Assembly (NCBI RefSeq): GCF_900100435.1
Contig: NZ_FNEX01000007.1
Span: forward strand, 21,503 to 53,502
DNA: 32,000 nt
Direction of reading: 5' to 3'
Source: Pedobacter sp. ok626
GTDB taxonomy: Bacteria > Bacteroidota > Bacteroidia > Sphingobacteriales > Sphingobacteriaceae
Shown: piece after piece, positions 1 through 16,153 of the stretch
Layout of the letters: the number at the start of each line of letters is the position of its first letter
Position numbering within the stretch: the first letter of the stretch is position 1
Notes under the pieces: model-generated
What the model saw: only the letters and a program-made list of their open reading frames with translations
Database searches by the model: none
Told to the model about the DNA's origin: nothing
Translations under genes and position numbers: made by a program

Positions 1-242
1 TGGCTACTAGGGGTACTAACAGTGGTTGTAATCACCGTTACGACTGAATCTTTCACTTTTGCCAGCGAAAAGGATAAAACGCTGGAATCGGTTAATACCT
101 CCCCCTGGAACTTCAATCTTCTATTTGTTTCATTAAAATAGACAGAAGGTAACCCTTCATAAGTCTTCAGTTCTTGCTTCTTACAGGAAAACATGGTAAT
201 TAAAAGCAACAAAACTGAAATATGTACTGTAATTCTTTTCAT
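1..242 (-). CDS. Lipoprotein, N-terminal 80 aa only (the gene runs off the left edge). It is a SusD-adjacent lipoprotein, possibly DUF4843-like.
   Basis: I translated the minus strand from the ATG at 242..240: MKRITVHISVLLLLITMFSCKKQELKTYEGLPSVYFNETNRRLKFQGEVLTDSSVLSFSLAKVKDSVVTVITTTVSTPSS. The frame stays open to position 1. There is a signal peptide with a lipobox Cys at residue 20. The gene starts 33 nt after the SusD-like stop. It is absent from the ORF track because it has no in-window stop. The family guess comes from remembered gene order (sigma/anti-sigma/SusC/SusD/DUF4843), not from a search. Confidence 0.6.
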   Translation of the reverse strand, partial: MKRITVHISVLLLLITMFSCKKQELKTYEGLPSVYFNETNRRLKFQGEVLTDSSVLSFSLAKVKDSVVTVITTTVSTPSS

Positions 243-275
243 CGAATGTATATTTTAGTGTAGGATTATTAAATA

Positions 276-1709
276 TTATTGACGGTATTGGCTCTCCGAG
301 GCCGGAAGCGGCACCACGAAACCGATAGTGATGTTACCACTACCCGTGCCACTGCCCACAGATGTTATATTTCTTCTTTTATAATAATAGAACAACTGAC
401 CTTCTCCAAAAAACTCTTTTTGGTATTCCTTCTGCAGTTCCGTATTTATATTTACTGTTGCAGCCAGATTACCAAGGCCACGGTTTAAGCGTACGGTATT
501 CAGATATTTAATAGCTTCAGTCGCAACGGGCTCACATTCTGCAGCTATATAATATAGCTCACTGATTTTTAACAAGGGAATGGCGTAACGGAACATCATT
601 TTCTTTTCTACAACGTCAGCGTATTTAAAGAATGTCCTATAGCTTTTAATACCGGTTGTTGGAATCTGCCAGTTCAAGTTATAACGGTAGTCGCTTTCAT
701 TAGACTCAAATACTGCCGAAAGCCTGGTAGCAGCCGGAGCAAGAATTTTAGCATCTGCTACTGAAGGATCAAATATGAGATTGTATCTGTTATAAAGCTG
801 TGTGTTTTGGACGCCCAAAATCATCTCTGAGGTAAACACCCTATCAGGATTAATTTTTTCACTTAACGCATTTTGCAAAGTTGTCCATGGAAATTTATCT
901 CCATTTTGTATGACTGCTTTAGCAGCTGATAAGGCAGAAACTTTGTCGCCACGGTACATATTGGCCCTAGCTTGTAACCCTTTAACTGCATAGTAATTAA
1001 GTCTGTAATTTCGACTGTTGTTAAAGAAATTGACTTCAGCGCCGTATTCTGGAATATTAACTCCACCTGTTATGATCGGGTCGGTCTTTAGAAGTTGCTC
1101 TGCATGGGCCAGATCTGCAAGAATCTTTTGCATGACGTGATTTGCCGGTAACAAGGGATTAATCGCCGATTCCGAGCTGGTATAATAAGGAATTGATTGT
1201 TTTGTGGAATCTGCTGTATTGTATCTGGGACCAAACAGACGAAGCACGTCCAGATGCAGCATGGCTCTTAATCCAATGGCCTCACCCCTGTAAATGGAAT
1301 CGGTATTGGCATCCAACACCCCCTTGTATTTTTCAAGATTCTCCAGGAAGCCATTAACGTTTAATATGTTTGTATAAGCTTTCGTCCAGATACCATCAAA
1401 CCTGGTGGTTGCGGGTGCATCGGCATAAGCGTAACTGGCTATTTTATTCCAGTCGTGCGTTGAAGGTATATTGTACCGTTGTGCCAGCACATCCACGGTA
1501 GAAAGTGTTAAACTTTCCCCATAAGAATCGGTATTGGCCAGATTAATGTAAAAACCATTCAATACAGAATTAATTCCACTAACGGTAGAGAATACCTGGG
1601 TCTCTAGAACTTTGTCTTCAGGTTGTATATTCAGGTATTTTTTGCAGGATGACAAAGCCATAACTGATAGCAGCAGGGTTGTCATCAATTTGATATATTT
1701 CTTTTCCAT
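276..1709 (-). CDS. SusD/RagB-family outer-membrane lipoprotein (nutrient-binding partner of the upstream SusC)
   Basis: 477 aa. Signal peptide with lipobox Cys (LSSCKKY). It lies 10 nt downstream of a SusC-like gene. It has helical TPR-like SusD content and a C-terminal FGEGQLFYYYKRRN-type motif typical of RagB/SusD. Confidence 0.9.
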   Translation of the reverse strand: MEKKYIKLMTTLLLSVMALSSCKKYLNIQPEDKVLETQVFSTVSGINSVLNGFYINLANTDSYGESLTLSTVDVLAQRYNIPSTHDWNKIASYAYADAPATTRFDGIWTKAYTNILNVNGFLENLEKYKGVLDANTDSIYRGEAIGLRAMLHLDVLRLFGPRYNTADSTKQSIPYYTSSESAINPLLPANHVMQKILADLAHAEQLLKTDPIITGGVNIPEYGAEVNFFNNSRNYRLNYYAVKGLQARANMYRGDKVSALSAAKAVIQNGDKFPWTTLQNALSEKINPDRVFTSEMILGVQNTQLYNRYNLIFDPSVADAKILAPAATRLSAVFESNESDYRYNLNWQIPTTGIKSYRTFFKYADVVEKKMMFRYAIPLLKISELYYIAAECEPVATEAIKYLNTVRLNRGLGNLAATVNINTELQKEYQKEFFGEGQLFYYYKRRNITSVGSGTGSGNITIGFVVPLPASESQYRQ

Positions 1710-1719
1710 TGTAAATGAA

Positions 1720-4700
1720 TTAAAATGAAGCTCTCATGCTTAATGATACTGTTCGGGCAAACGGATAATCGATTCCACGCTCACTTCTGACACTAGAAAT
1801 TCTGAACGTTTCGTTAGAAATTGCTGTGAAATTCAATGATCCGATTCCGATTTTTTTCATCCAGTTTCTGTTGTCAAATGTATAACCCAAACTAACTGAC
1901 TCAGCGGCTATTGTATTTTCCCTTTGTACGAAACGAGACGATTGAATTGGTGTTGCGGTCGTCATATTGATTGCCTTGAAACGGGCTACATCACCAGGAT
2001 TTTTCCACCTGTCATATAAAGCTCTTTTGTCCTGGTTCAGTGTAATCCCTGAAAAACTTATATTTTCAACTTTATTAAACAATGCAGTATTGTATATATC
2101 AGATCCAAATCTGTAACGCAGATTAATACCAAGATTAAAGCCTTTATAACTAAAATTACTGGTCATTACGCCTTCTATAGTTGGTACAGTATTACCTACC
2201 ATCTGAATATTCCCTTCATTATAATCAAAAGAATACTGTCCACCTTTAGTCAAAAACACCTCTCTACCAGTTGTTGGGTCTATACCTAATGATTGGGCAG
2301 CCCAAATAGCTTCTGCACTGTACCCATCATTAAATCTGATCAATGATTTACTCAGCTCCTGCTTTTTGTTTAATGAGTTTAAGGTATTGCTGAAGCCTCC
2401 ATATTTACTTTTGTAAGCAGCACCGGTAACACTTAACATCCATACAATTCGCTGATCAAGTTTATAGATTGGTGCATAAGACAATTTAAACTCCATCCCA
2501 TTATAAGTTAAATTACCCACATTCATCGGGTAGTTAAATACGCCAGTTGAAGAAGGTAAATCTACTCCTACTACAAGAGGATTGGTCTTCTTATTATAGG
2601 CATTGATATAACCACTTAACCTGTTGTTTAAAAATATAAAATCGAGGCCTAAGCTAATCTGGGTCGTCTTTTGTGGCTGCAGGTCGGGATTGCCAAGCGT
2701 AGTTAAACTCACACCCTGGCCAAATTGATTATAGTTGACATTACTGTTATAGTCATACACTGAAATAGAAGTGACACTGCCATAGTTCTGGTTTCCAGTC
2801 ACCCCAATATTTCCATAAAGTTTTAACCTGTCTATCCATTTTGTATTTATCAAAAAGTCTTCTTTATTAAGATTCCAGCCAGTTCCAACTGCATAATAAG
2901 GAGAAAATTGTTTGTTGTTACCAAAAGCCGTTGACCCGTCTAAACGATAGGAAACGTCGAATAAATAGCGATCGTCGTAAGCATAATTTCCTGAAAAAGT
3001 TCCGTTTAGAGTACGATATAACCCTGCTGCTGCTGTTGGAGCACTATTTTGAACATAGCTATAGGCAAATCTAGGATTACCATTACTCCCGGCCGGAAAA
3101 CCCTCTGCACTTGAAGAAAAATTCTGAATGCTATTTTCATTAATCGTACCCCGAAGATTGGCATTGATCACATGTTTTCCAATCGATTTATAATAAGTTA
3201 ATAACAGATTACTCTGATAACTAAAATTGTTGGTCTTATTATTTGTGTATTTTCCTTTCTGAAGCACACCAACATCTTCAAATGTGCTGCTTTCAGGTGC
3301 CTCAAACCTTTCTGTAGTAGTGTTTCCTTTGGTGATTTGCAACGATCCCACTATTTTTAACTCCTTGGTTAAATCATAGGCGATATTAAGGTTATTTTGT
3401 ACTTCAAGGTTTTTACCGCGGTTATATTGAGGCAAAGCTGCATCAAAAAGTGGATTTCGCACTGTCACATAATTCAAAAGACTATTAGAGGGGTGTGACC
3501 GTTCAAGATATCTTTCAGTCGAGTTTTTAATGAAGTAAGGATTGGCGTTGACATATTTTGAAAAGGAACCATAAGGAGATTCTGTAGAGGAGTAGCCTCT
3601 AATGAAAGTAATATTATTGACATTCAGTCTGTTTTTTCTATAAGTCAGGTTAATACTACCGCCATAGCTATCCCGTCCCGAGCCCTTCATTGCCCCGCTT
3701 AGTGTCTTATAATTCATGCCCACCCCATAGGTGAAGTTGGCATCTCCGCCTTGTGCAAATATCGATGAGTTATTTGAAAGTCCTGTTTGCAGTGGCTCAT
3801 TAAGCCAATAACTGTCTACCCCTTTCTTTACCGAAGAAAGATGATCATTATAGAGCTGGTCCAGGTAAACTTGAAGACTGGGCTCACTTGCCAAGGCCGA
3901 ATAGCGCCCCGACAAAAGTTCAAATTCGAGTTTTTCGGCCGAGTTCATCATGTTATACCCTGATATATCTGGTAGCTCCATTCTAAAATCATTAGTATAA
4001 GTAAACTGAAGTTCACCGGATTTAGGACGAATGGTCTCAATAACCACGACTCCGTTAGATGCTCTGGCACCGTACAGGGCAGTTGAAGCTGCATCTTTAA
4101 GCAATGTTACCGAACCTACACGATTCATATCCAAATCAACAATAGTTTGTAAGGTAGCTTCAAATCCATCTAAAATAAATAAGGGCTGATTAGGATCTGC
4201 TCCAAACTGATCTTTTAAACTGGCAGAAGGCACACTGGATTTACCTCGGACTTCTATTTGCGGCATTACGTTCGGATTTGAACCTGCCAGGTTATTTACA
4301 TTGATCACAAAAGAAGGATCCAGGGTTCTTAAACTCTGAACAATATTATTGTTACCGATGTTTTTTAGCTGATCCCCACTAAACGTTGCTGTTGCACCAG
4401 TAAAGCTGTTTTTGTTACGGGTAATACCGGTACCTGTAATTACCACATCTTTCATATCGTTCTCTTCTATCTTCAATTTAATAGTCAAGGGAGATTTAGC
4501 TCCTTTAACTTTAATTTCCTGGCTAACATAGCCGATATAGGAAATGATAAGTACATCATTTTCAGAAGCAGGCATAATTAAAAACCGCCCCTCCTTGTTA
4601 CTAACGGTTCCTCTGCTTAAATTACCTTTAATTTTAATCGAGGCCCCCGAAATAGGAACATTGCTTTCGTCAAGTATAACCCCACTCACAGATAATTGCT

Positions 4701-5079
4701 GTACCACTACAGATTCGGGGAGATTCTTTTTGATAATGATGGATTTATCTTTTATTTCAAAGGTAAGATTCTGTCCATATAGGCAATTTATCAATGCATC
4801 CGCTAGGCGTATATTCTTCAAATCGACATCAATCGGATGCACCGATTTCATAATTTCCGCATCATACAAAAAATCATAACCAGTCTGATTTCTGATTTCC
4901 TTAAACACTTTTTTCAGTGGAATATTCTTTTCAGAGAGCGTTACGCGTTGGCCGAAAGAAGCGGCATTGACCTGCAATAAAAACATGGTCATCATAATTA
5001 TGATCATTTTCATAATCAATAATAATTTGGGCGGGAGCCAAAAATTTGGCACGCCTAGGTTAAAAGCATTTGATTTCAT
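1720..5079 (-). CDS. SusC/RagA-family TonB-dependent transporter with an N-terminal STN signalling domain and a CarboxypepD_reg-like domain (trans-envelope signalling type)
   Basis: 1119 aa. The N-terminus after the signal peptide reads VTLSEKNIPLKKVFKEIRNQTGYDFLYDAEI...LTFEIKDKSIIIKK, which is an STN domain. It is followed by VSGVILDESNVPISGASIKIKGNLSRGTVSNKEGRFLI (CarboxypepD_reg-like), then a plug (ALYGARASNGVVVIET) and a beta-barrel ending in a terminal F. The true start may be the internal Met at 5013 (MKMIIIMMTMFLLQVNAASFG), which gives a more canonical signal peptide. Confidence 0.92.
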   Translation of the reverse strand: MKSNAFNLGVPNFWLPPKLLLIMKMIIIMMTMFLLQVNAASFGQRVTLSEKNIPLKKVFKEIRNQTGYDFLYDAEIMKSVHPIDVDLKNIRLADALINCLYGQNLTFEIKDKSIIIKKNLPESVVVQQLSVSGVILDESNVPISGASIKIKGNLSRGTVSNKEGRFLIMPASENDVLIISYIGYVSQEIKVKGAKSPLTIKLKIEENDMKDVVITGTGITRNKNSFTGATATFSGDQLKNIGNNNIVQSLRTLDPSFVINVNNLAGSNPNVMPQIEVRGKSSVPSASLKDQFGADPNQPLFILDGFEATLQTIVDLDMNRVGSVTLLKDAASTALYGARASNGVVVIETIRPKSGELQFTYTNDFRMELPDISGYNMMNSAEKLEFELLSGRYSALASEPSLQVYLDQLYNDHLSSVKKGVDSYWLNEPLQTGLSNNSSIFAQGGDANFTYGVGMNYKTLSGAMKGSGRDSYGGSINLTYRKNRLNVNNITFIRGYSSTESPYGSFSKYVNANPYFIKNSTERYLERSHPSNSLLNYVTVRNPLFDAALPQYNRGKNLEVQNNLNIAYDLTKELKIVGSLQITKGNTTTERFEAPESSTFEDVGVLQKGKYTNNKTNNFSYQSNLLLTYYKSIGKHVINANLRGTINENSIQNFSSSAEGFPAGSNGNPRFAYSYVQNSAPTAAAGLYRTLNGTFSGNYAYDDRYLFDVSYRLDGSTAFGNNKQFSPYYAVGTGWNLNKEDFLINTKWIDRLKLYGNIGVTGNQNYGSVTSISVYDYNSNVNYNQFGQGVSLTTLGNPDLQPQKTTQISLGLDFIFLNNRLSGYINAYNKKTNPLVVGVDLPSSTGVFNYPMNVGNLTYNGMEFKLSYAPIYKLDQRIVWMLSVTGAAYKSKYGGFSNTLNSLNKKQELSKSLIRFNDGYSAEAIWAAQSLGIDPTTGREVFLTKGGQYSFDYNEGNIQMVGNTVPTIEGVMTSNFSYKGFNLGINLRYRFGSDIYNTALFNKVENISFSGITLNQDKRALYDRWKNPGDVARFKAINMTTATPIQSSRFVQRENTIAAESVSLGYTFDNRNWMKKIGIGSLNFTAISNETFRISSVRSERGIDYPFARTVSLSMRASF

Positions 5080-5086
5080 ACTTTTG
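5079..5086 (+). promoter_or_regulatory. Exact match to the Bacteroidota -7 promoter consensus TAnnTTTG, on the strand antisense to the SusC gene
   Basis: The plus strand reads TACTTTTG at 5079..5086 and overlaps the annotated SusC start codon. No TTTG -33 element sits at the canonical spacing: TTTG occurs at 5045..5048 and 5069..5072, which are too far and too close. Confidence 0.3.
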
Positions 5087-5091
5087 AAATG

Positions 5092-5201
5092 GTTTGAGTT
5101 GATATTGAATGGTTGGACTAATTATTCTTCTCTCCTTTAAGGAGAGAAAGGTTACCTCAAACTTTTGCCGGATTGTGCTTCCAACACTTTCCGGTTTTTT
5201 T
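5092..5201 (+). ncRNA. Candidate cis-antisense small RNA (DonS-like) opposite the SusC 5' leader. Boundaries are approximate.
   Basis: It lies downstream of the plus-strand TACTTTTG box. Hairpin 1 is a perfect 8-bp stem, TTCTCTCC (5128..5135) with GGAGAGAA (5141..5148), loop TTTAA. Hairpin 2 spans 5167..5195: GCCGGA pairs with TCCGGT (including one G-U pair) and GTG pairs with CAC across a 2x2 internal loop. Seven T residues follow immediately at 5195..5201, the first of them also closing the stem. This is the geometry of an intrinsic terminator only on the plus strand. No plus-strand coding gene is present to be terminated. Confidence 0.3.
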
Positions 5202-5293
5202 ATTTAAAGCCACCTGATTTTCAACTCTAGCTTGGTTTGTGTAGTAGTTTCTTCATTCTTATTGGTCTTTATATTTAGGTATTTAGTTAATTA

Positions 5294-6424
5294 CTATTTA
5301 GTTACAACAATCCTTCTTCCTTCTATGGTAAAATGAACTTTGCCTGTTGATTCGATAAGTGACAAGACCTCTGAAATGCTCTTAGCGCGGGAAACTAATC
5401 CTTCCAAGGTTACATTTTTAGGCACGTCATCGCGATAAATAACCTGTACATCGTACCAACGGGCTATTTTACGCATAATACTCTCCAACCTTTCTTCTTT
5501 AAAGACAAAGTCCCCATTTTTCCAATCTATTTCATCTTCTACCTCTACTGTAAGAACTTTCAGCCCATTGGATTTCAATTCTGCCTGCAGGCCTGGCTTC
5601 AGTATGACTCCAGAAATCCCACTTGATTTAGGGATCACTTGTACGCTACCTTCCAGTAAGGTAGTTTTCGTACTGTTGTCATCGGCATAACTTTTGACAT
5701 TAAAGTGCGTGCCTAAGACTTCAACTTCCTGCTTATCTGTTGCGACAATAAATGGCTTGTGATTAGCTTTTTTTACTTCAAAATAAGCTTCGCCCTTCAG
5801 CTCAACTCTTCTTTCATTCATCGCAGTAAGATTAGCCGGATACCTTAAAGATGAGGCTGCATTTAACCAGACTTTAGATCCATCCGGTAAAAGGATTTGA
5901 TAATATCCTCCACGTGGGGTTTCAATAGTATTAAATTGCATCTTCTCCTCCCCCTTACTTTCAACAACCGTATAAATCAATTGCCCATCTGCCGCTTTTG
6001 TAATTGTTATACCTGACTGATTGGCGAATGTTCCTTTAGAAACATTACTTAAATCGATCTTTGAACCATCAGCCAGGGTTAGCATCGCTTTGTTACCCCC
6101 CGGAACAATTGTCGCTAAGCCTGAAAGATCATTTACAGTCTGATCTTTAGCACTTTGGTAATAAATCAGACCTACTGCCATACAAATGGCAACCGATGCG
6201 GCTATAGCAATTCTCGGCCACAATCTGACCGCCTTGCCCATACGGGAATGAACTGGTAACTCCATCCATACTTTAGCTTTTGCTCCTATTACATCTTCTG
6301 GAATCAGATTGGTTGCTTCATCTTCAAAATTAAGATACCAGCTTTCCAGCATGGCGAGCTCCTCATCGGTGCAAATGCCAACTTTATATTTTATTAATAA
6401 TTCCTTTGCTTCTTTGTTTTCCAT
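5294..6424 (-). CDS. FecR-family transmembrane anti-sigma factor
   Basis: 376 aa. It has an N-terminal cytoplasmic anti-sigma segment (KELLIKYKVGICTDEELAMLESWY), a single TM helix (LWPRIAIAASVAICMAVGLIYY), a periplasmic FecR domain and a C-terminal DUF4974-like segment (FKEERLESIMRKIARWYDVQVIY). It sits between an ECF sigma gene and an STN-SusC gene. Confidence 0.9.
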   Translation of the reverse strand: MENKEAKELLIKYKVGICTDEELAMLESWYLNFEDEATNLIPEDVIGAKAKVWMELPVHSRMGKAVRLWPRIAIAASVAICMAVGLIYYQSAKDQTVNDLSGLATIVPGGNKAMLTLADGSKIDLSNVSKGTFANQSGITITKAADGQLIYTVVESKGEEKMQFNTIETPRGGYYQILLPDGSKVWLNAASSLRYPANLTAMNERRVELKGEAYFEVKKANHKPFIVATDKQEVEVLGTHFNVKSYADDNSTKTTLLEGSVQVIPKSSGISGVILKPGLQAELKSNGLKVLTVEVEDEIDWKNGDFVFKEERLESIMRKIARWYDVQVIYRDDVPKNVTLEGLVSRAKSISEVLSLIESTGKVHFTIEGRRIVVTK

Positions 6425-6516
6425 TGATACTTGAAGAGAAGTGCCCCCTTTAAACTATAGACGGCAAGACGGGTAGGTATGGGGTAGATAGAATTAATAA
6501 AAATTTAAAATAAACT

Positions 6517-7089
6517 TTACATGCTCAAAAAAAGGGTCATTCCGAGCTTTGAACGCAGAATCTTCAAGGCATTATTGACTTGCTTTCTAACGGTTTGTTC
6601 AGATAAATTGAGTTGTTGAGCAATTTCTTTATGAGTCATGACATGCTTACGGCTAAGTTCAAATACCTCGCGCATTTTTGGTGGGAGCTCAGAAATACCC
6701 TTTTCTATCAAAGAGGCAAGTTGCCGTTCCCTGACCTGGTGATCTGTAATGCAATAACCGGTTTCAATAAAATGCTGTAATGAACTGACATATTTGTTTT
6801 CTACCTGCTGGTGAGCGATGACATCCATAATTCTGTTCCTCACAGAAGTATACAAGTAAGCTGCTAGACTTGTCCTAATCATTAAACCGCTTCTTTTGCT
6901 CCACAATCCTGCAAAAAGCTCGTGAATTACGTCCTGCGCTTCCTCTTTATCGCGTAAACGATTATATGCATGAATGTACAATTCGTCAAAATAGCGGTTG
7001 TAAATTACCGTATAAGCGCTGGCATCCCCCTCTTTGAGGAGATTTGTTAATTCATGATCCGAAATATTTTTTAAATCTACGTCTTGCAT
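6517..7089 (-). CDS. ECF-type RNA polymerase sigma-70 factor
   Basis: 190 aa. Region 2 is present (AQDVIHELFAGLW). The region 4 HTH is present (LPPKMREVFELSRKHVMTHKEIAQQLNLSEQTVRKQVNNALKILR). It lies immediately upstream of the FecR-like gene. Confidence 0.9.
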   Translation of the reverse strand: MQDVDLKNISDHELTNLLKEGDASAYTVIYNRYFDELYIHAYNRLRDKEEAQDVIHELFAGLWSKRSGLMIRTSLAAYLYTSVRNRIMDVIAHQQVENKYVSSLQHFIETGYCITDHQVRERQLASLIEKGISELPPKMREVFELSRKHVMTHKEIAQQLNLSEQTVRKQVNNALKILRSKLGMTLFLSM

Positions 7090-7140
7090 TTATCCCCGGG
7101 AGATCGAAATGCGCACATTCCCAGTGCAATAATAGGAATT

Positions 7141-7158
7141 TATATGCTTAAGCGTATA
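7141..7158 (-). terminator. Weak hairpin 6 nt after the stop of the kinase/phospho-lyase gene; a possible operon boundary
   Basis: TATATGC-TTAA-GCGTATA forms a 7-bp stem. One position is a G-U pair in plus-sense RNA and an A-C mismatch in minus-sense RNA. No clear U-run follows on the minus strand, so terminator function is doubtful. Confidence 0.2.
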
Positions 7159-7163
7159 AGATT

Positions 7164-14516
<7,353 letters not shown>

Positions 14517-14527
14517 CGGCAGATTGT

Positions 14528-14580
14528 AAAAAGCAGGGGGTGGCCCGAAAGGCTGTTAATCCTTCCAAAATACCCCCTAC
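14528..14580 (-). terminator. Candidate intra-operon terminator/attenuator hairpin between the SusD gene and the GH2 gene
   Basis: The minus-sense RNA pairs AGGGGGU (14578..14572) with ACCCCCU (14541..14535). These enclose about 30 nt containing an inner short GCC/GGC hairpin, and GCUUUUU follows. The loop is long, so the folding energy is uncertain. Confidence 0.35.
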
Positions 14581-14610
14581 AGGTAAAAGTTCAATTAATA
14601 AGCGCTGAGA

Positions 14611-16134
14611 TTAATGCGCTTGGGGATTGTTGTTTGTTTCTTTCAGTGGAGTAGGATAGAAAGCTTTGTCAGCCGTGAATTTTCTTCCTGCTGCCTGCAT
14701 ATTCTGATCCAATAAGCCCCAACGTCTGAGATCATAGAAACGACTACCTTCAAGTGTAAACTCCATCACCCGCTCATGCATAATGATATTGAACACAGCC
14801 TGCTTGTTTCCTGTTGGTGCATCTGGAAGGTTGGCTCTTTTCCTTACCTCGTTAACAGACTTTATCGCATCAGGGTTATTTTGCTCATTCAATACCTCAG
14901 CATACATTAATAGCACATCCGCGTATCGCATAAGTGGGAAGTTAATGGCGTTGGATCTGCCTAAGCGATCTTGATTTGCAGGAGTCCATTTTCTAAACGC
15001 AATGGTTTGTTTACCTACACCAAAAGCGGCATTATAAGTGCTTCCATATACTTGGGGACTAGCTGGATTGTTAAAATAAGGGTCATTGAAGAAAATACTT
15101 GGGTATACCCTTCCATCATAGCTGCCACCGGTGGCAATCTTCCCTTCTTTTAGCATTTCGGTCAGGAGTCGCGGTGTTCCATAAATCTCCCCGTATCCAC
15201 CAAGTTCTGCTGCGGCTACCCAATCACTCAGGTAAGAACGGTAAACAGCACCGCCAGTTGCATCGGCCGATTGCTGAAGTTCAAATACTGATTCTACGCT
15301 GTTTTTTGTAACGCCATTAAACATATCGCCAAAGTTCGGATCAAGGCTATACTTTTTGGAAGTAATCACAAGCTCCAACCACTTTTTTGCCTCTACATAA
15401 TAAGCAGTCGAATTGGCTTTGTCATCGCCGGCACGATAAAGGTATACTTTACCTAAATAAGCATCTGCAGCCCCTTTTGTCACCCTACCCAACTCCGTTG
15501 CTGGCCTATCCGAACGTAGCGGTAGATCAGGCTCTGCCTCTTTCAGGTCTTTCAGAATAAACTCATATACCTCTGCACGAGAAGAGAAGGCCTTTGCCAA
15601 ATCGCCTTCAGAAGTAGGCACTTTGTCTCTAATAATGACCCGACTAAAATTATTCAATAGCTTAAAGTGATAGTAGGCTCTCAAAAATTTAGCTTCTGCA
15701 AGAATTTGCTTTTTACTAGCGTCATCAATAGCTGCACTAGTCATTTTGCCTACATTTTCGATCACCTGATTGGAGAAGTTGATTCCCTTGTAATTCTCTC
15801 GCCAAAGCAGATCGATGGCATAATTCCCTGAGGTGAAATTAAAATTATAATGCTCTACCCACCATGGATAATTAAAGGCATCGGATCCCGGCAAGACATA
15901 ATCTTCGCGATAAAACTCGCGTACAGAACGAGCTTCAACATAATTGTCCCAGCCTACAAAGCCTTCCAGTTGAGAATATGCAGCCGCCAGACCAGACAAA
16001 GCCCTGTCTTTATTGGTCCAGAAATTATCTACGGTTAGCTGATCCGGAATTTGTTGGTCCAGCTCACTCTTTTTGCATCCAGATGCTGTCAGCAATGCGA
16101 TGCACAATCCTATATATAGTTTATTTGCTTTCAT
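14611..16134 (-). CDS. SusD/RagB-family outer-membrane lipoprotein
   Basis: 507 aa. Lipobox LTASGCKK. It lies 19 nt downstream of SusC. The C-terminal motif is ERVMEFTLEGSRFYDLRRWG, typical of SusD. Confidence 0.92.
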   Translation of the reverse strand: MKANKLYIGLCIALLTASGCKKSELDQQIPDQLTVDNFWTNKDRALSGLAAAYSQLEGFVGWDNYVEARSVREFYREDYVLPGSDAFNYPWWVEHYNFNFTSGNYAIDLLWRENYKGINFSNQVIENVGKMTSAAIDDASKKQILAEAKFLRAYYHFKLLNNFSRVIIRDKVPTSEGDLAKAFSSRAEVYEFILKDLKEAEPDLPLRSDRPATELGRVTKGAADAYLGKVYLYRAGDDKANSTAYYVEAKKWLELVITSKKYSLDPNFGDMFNGVTKNSVESVFELQQSADATGGAVYRSYLSDWVAAAELGGYGEIYGTPRLLTEMLKEGKIATGGSYDGRVYPSIFFNDPYFNNPASPQVYGSTYNAAFGVGKQTIAFRKWTPANQDRLGRSNAINFPLMRYADVLLMYAEVLNEQNNPDAIKSVNEVRKRANLPDAPTGNKQAVFNIIMHERVMEFTLEGSRFYDLRRWGLLDQNMQAAGRKFTADKAFYPTPLKETNNNPQAH

Positions 16135-16153
16135 TTTTAGAAAATTGAATGGT

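Noticed and set aside
5013-5079. The 22 N-terminal residues of the STN-SusC (MKSNAFNLGVPNFWLPPKLLLI) ahead of an internal Met.
   Set aside because: This is not a separate feature. The extension is probably an ORF-caller artefact and the real start is likely the Met at 5013, which yields a normal signal peptide. I cannot decide this from sequence alone, so the track coordinates are kept and the ambiguity is noted.
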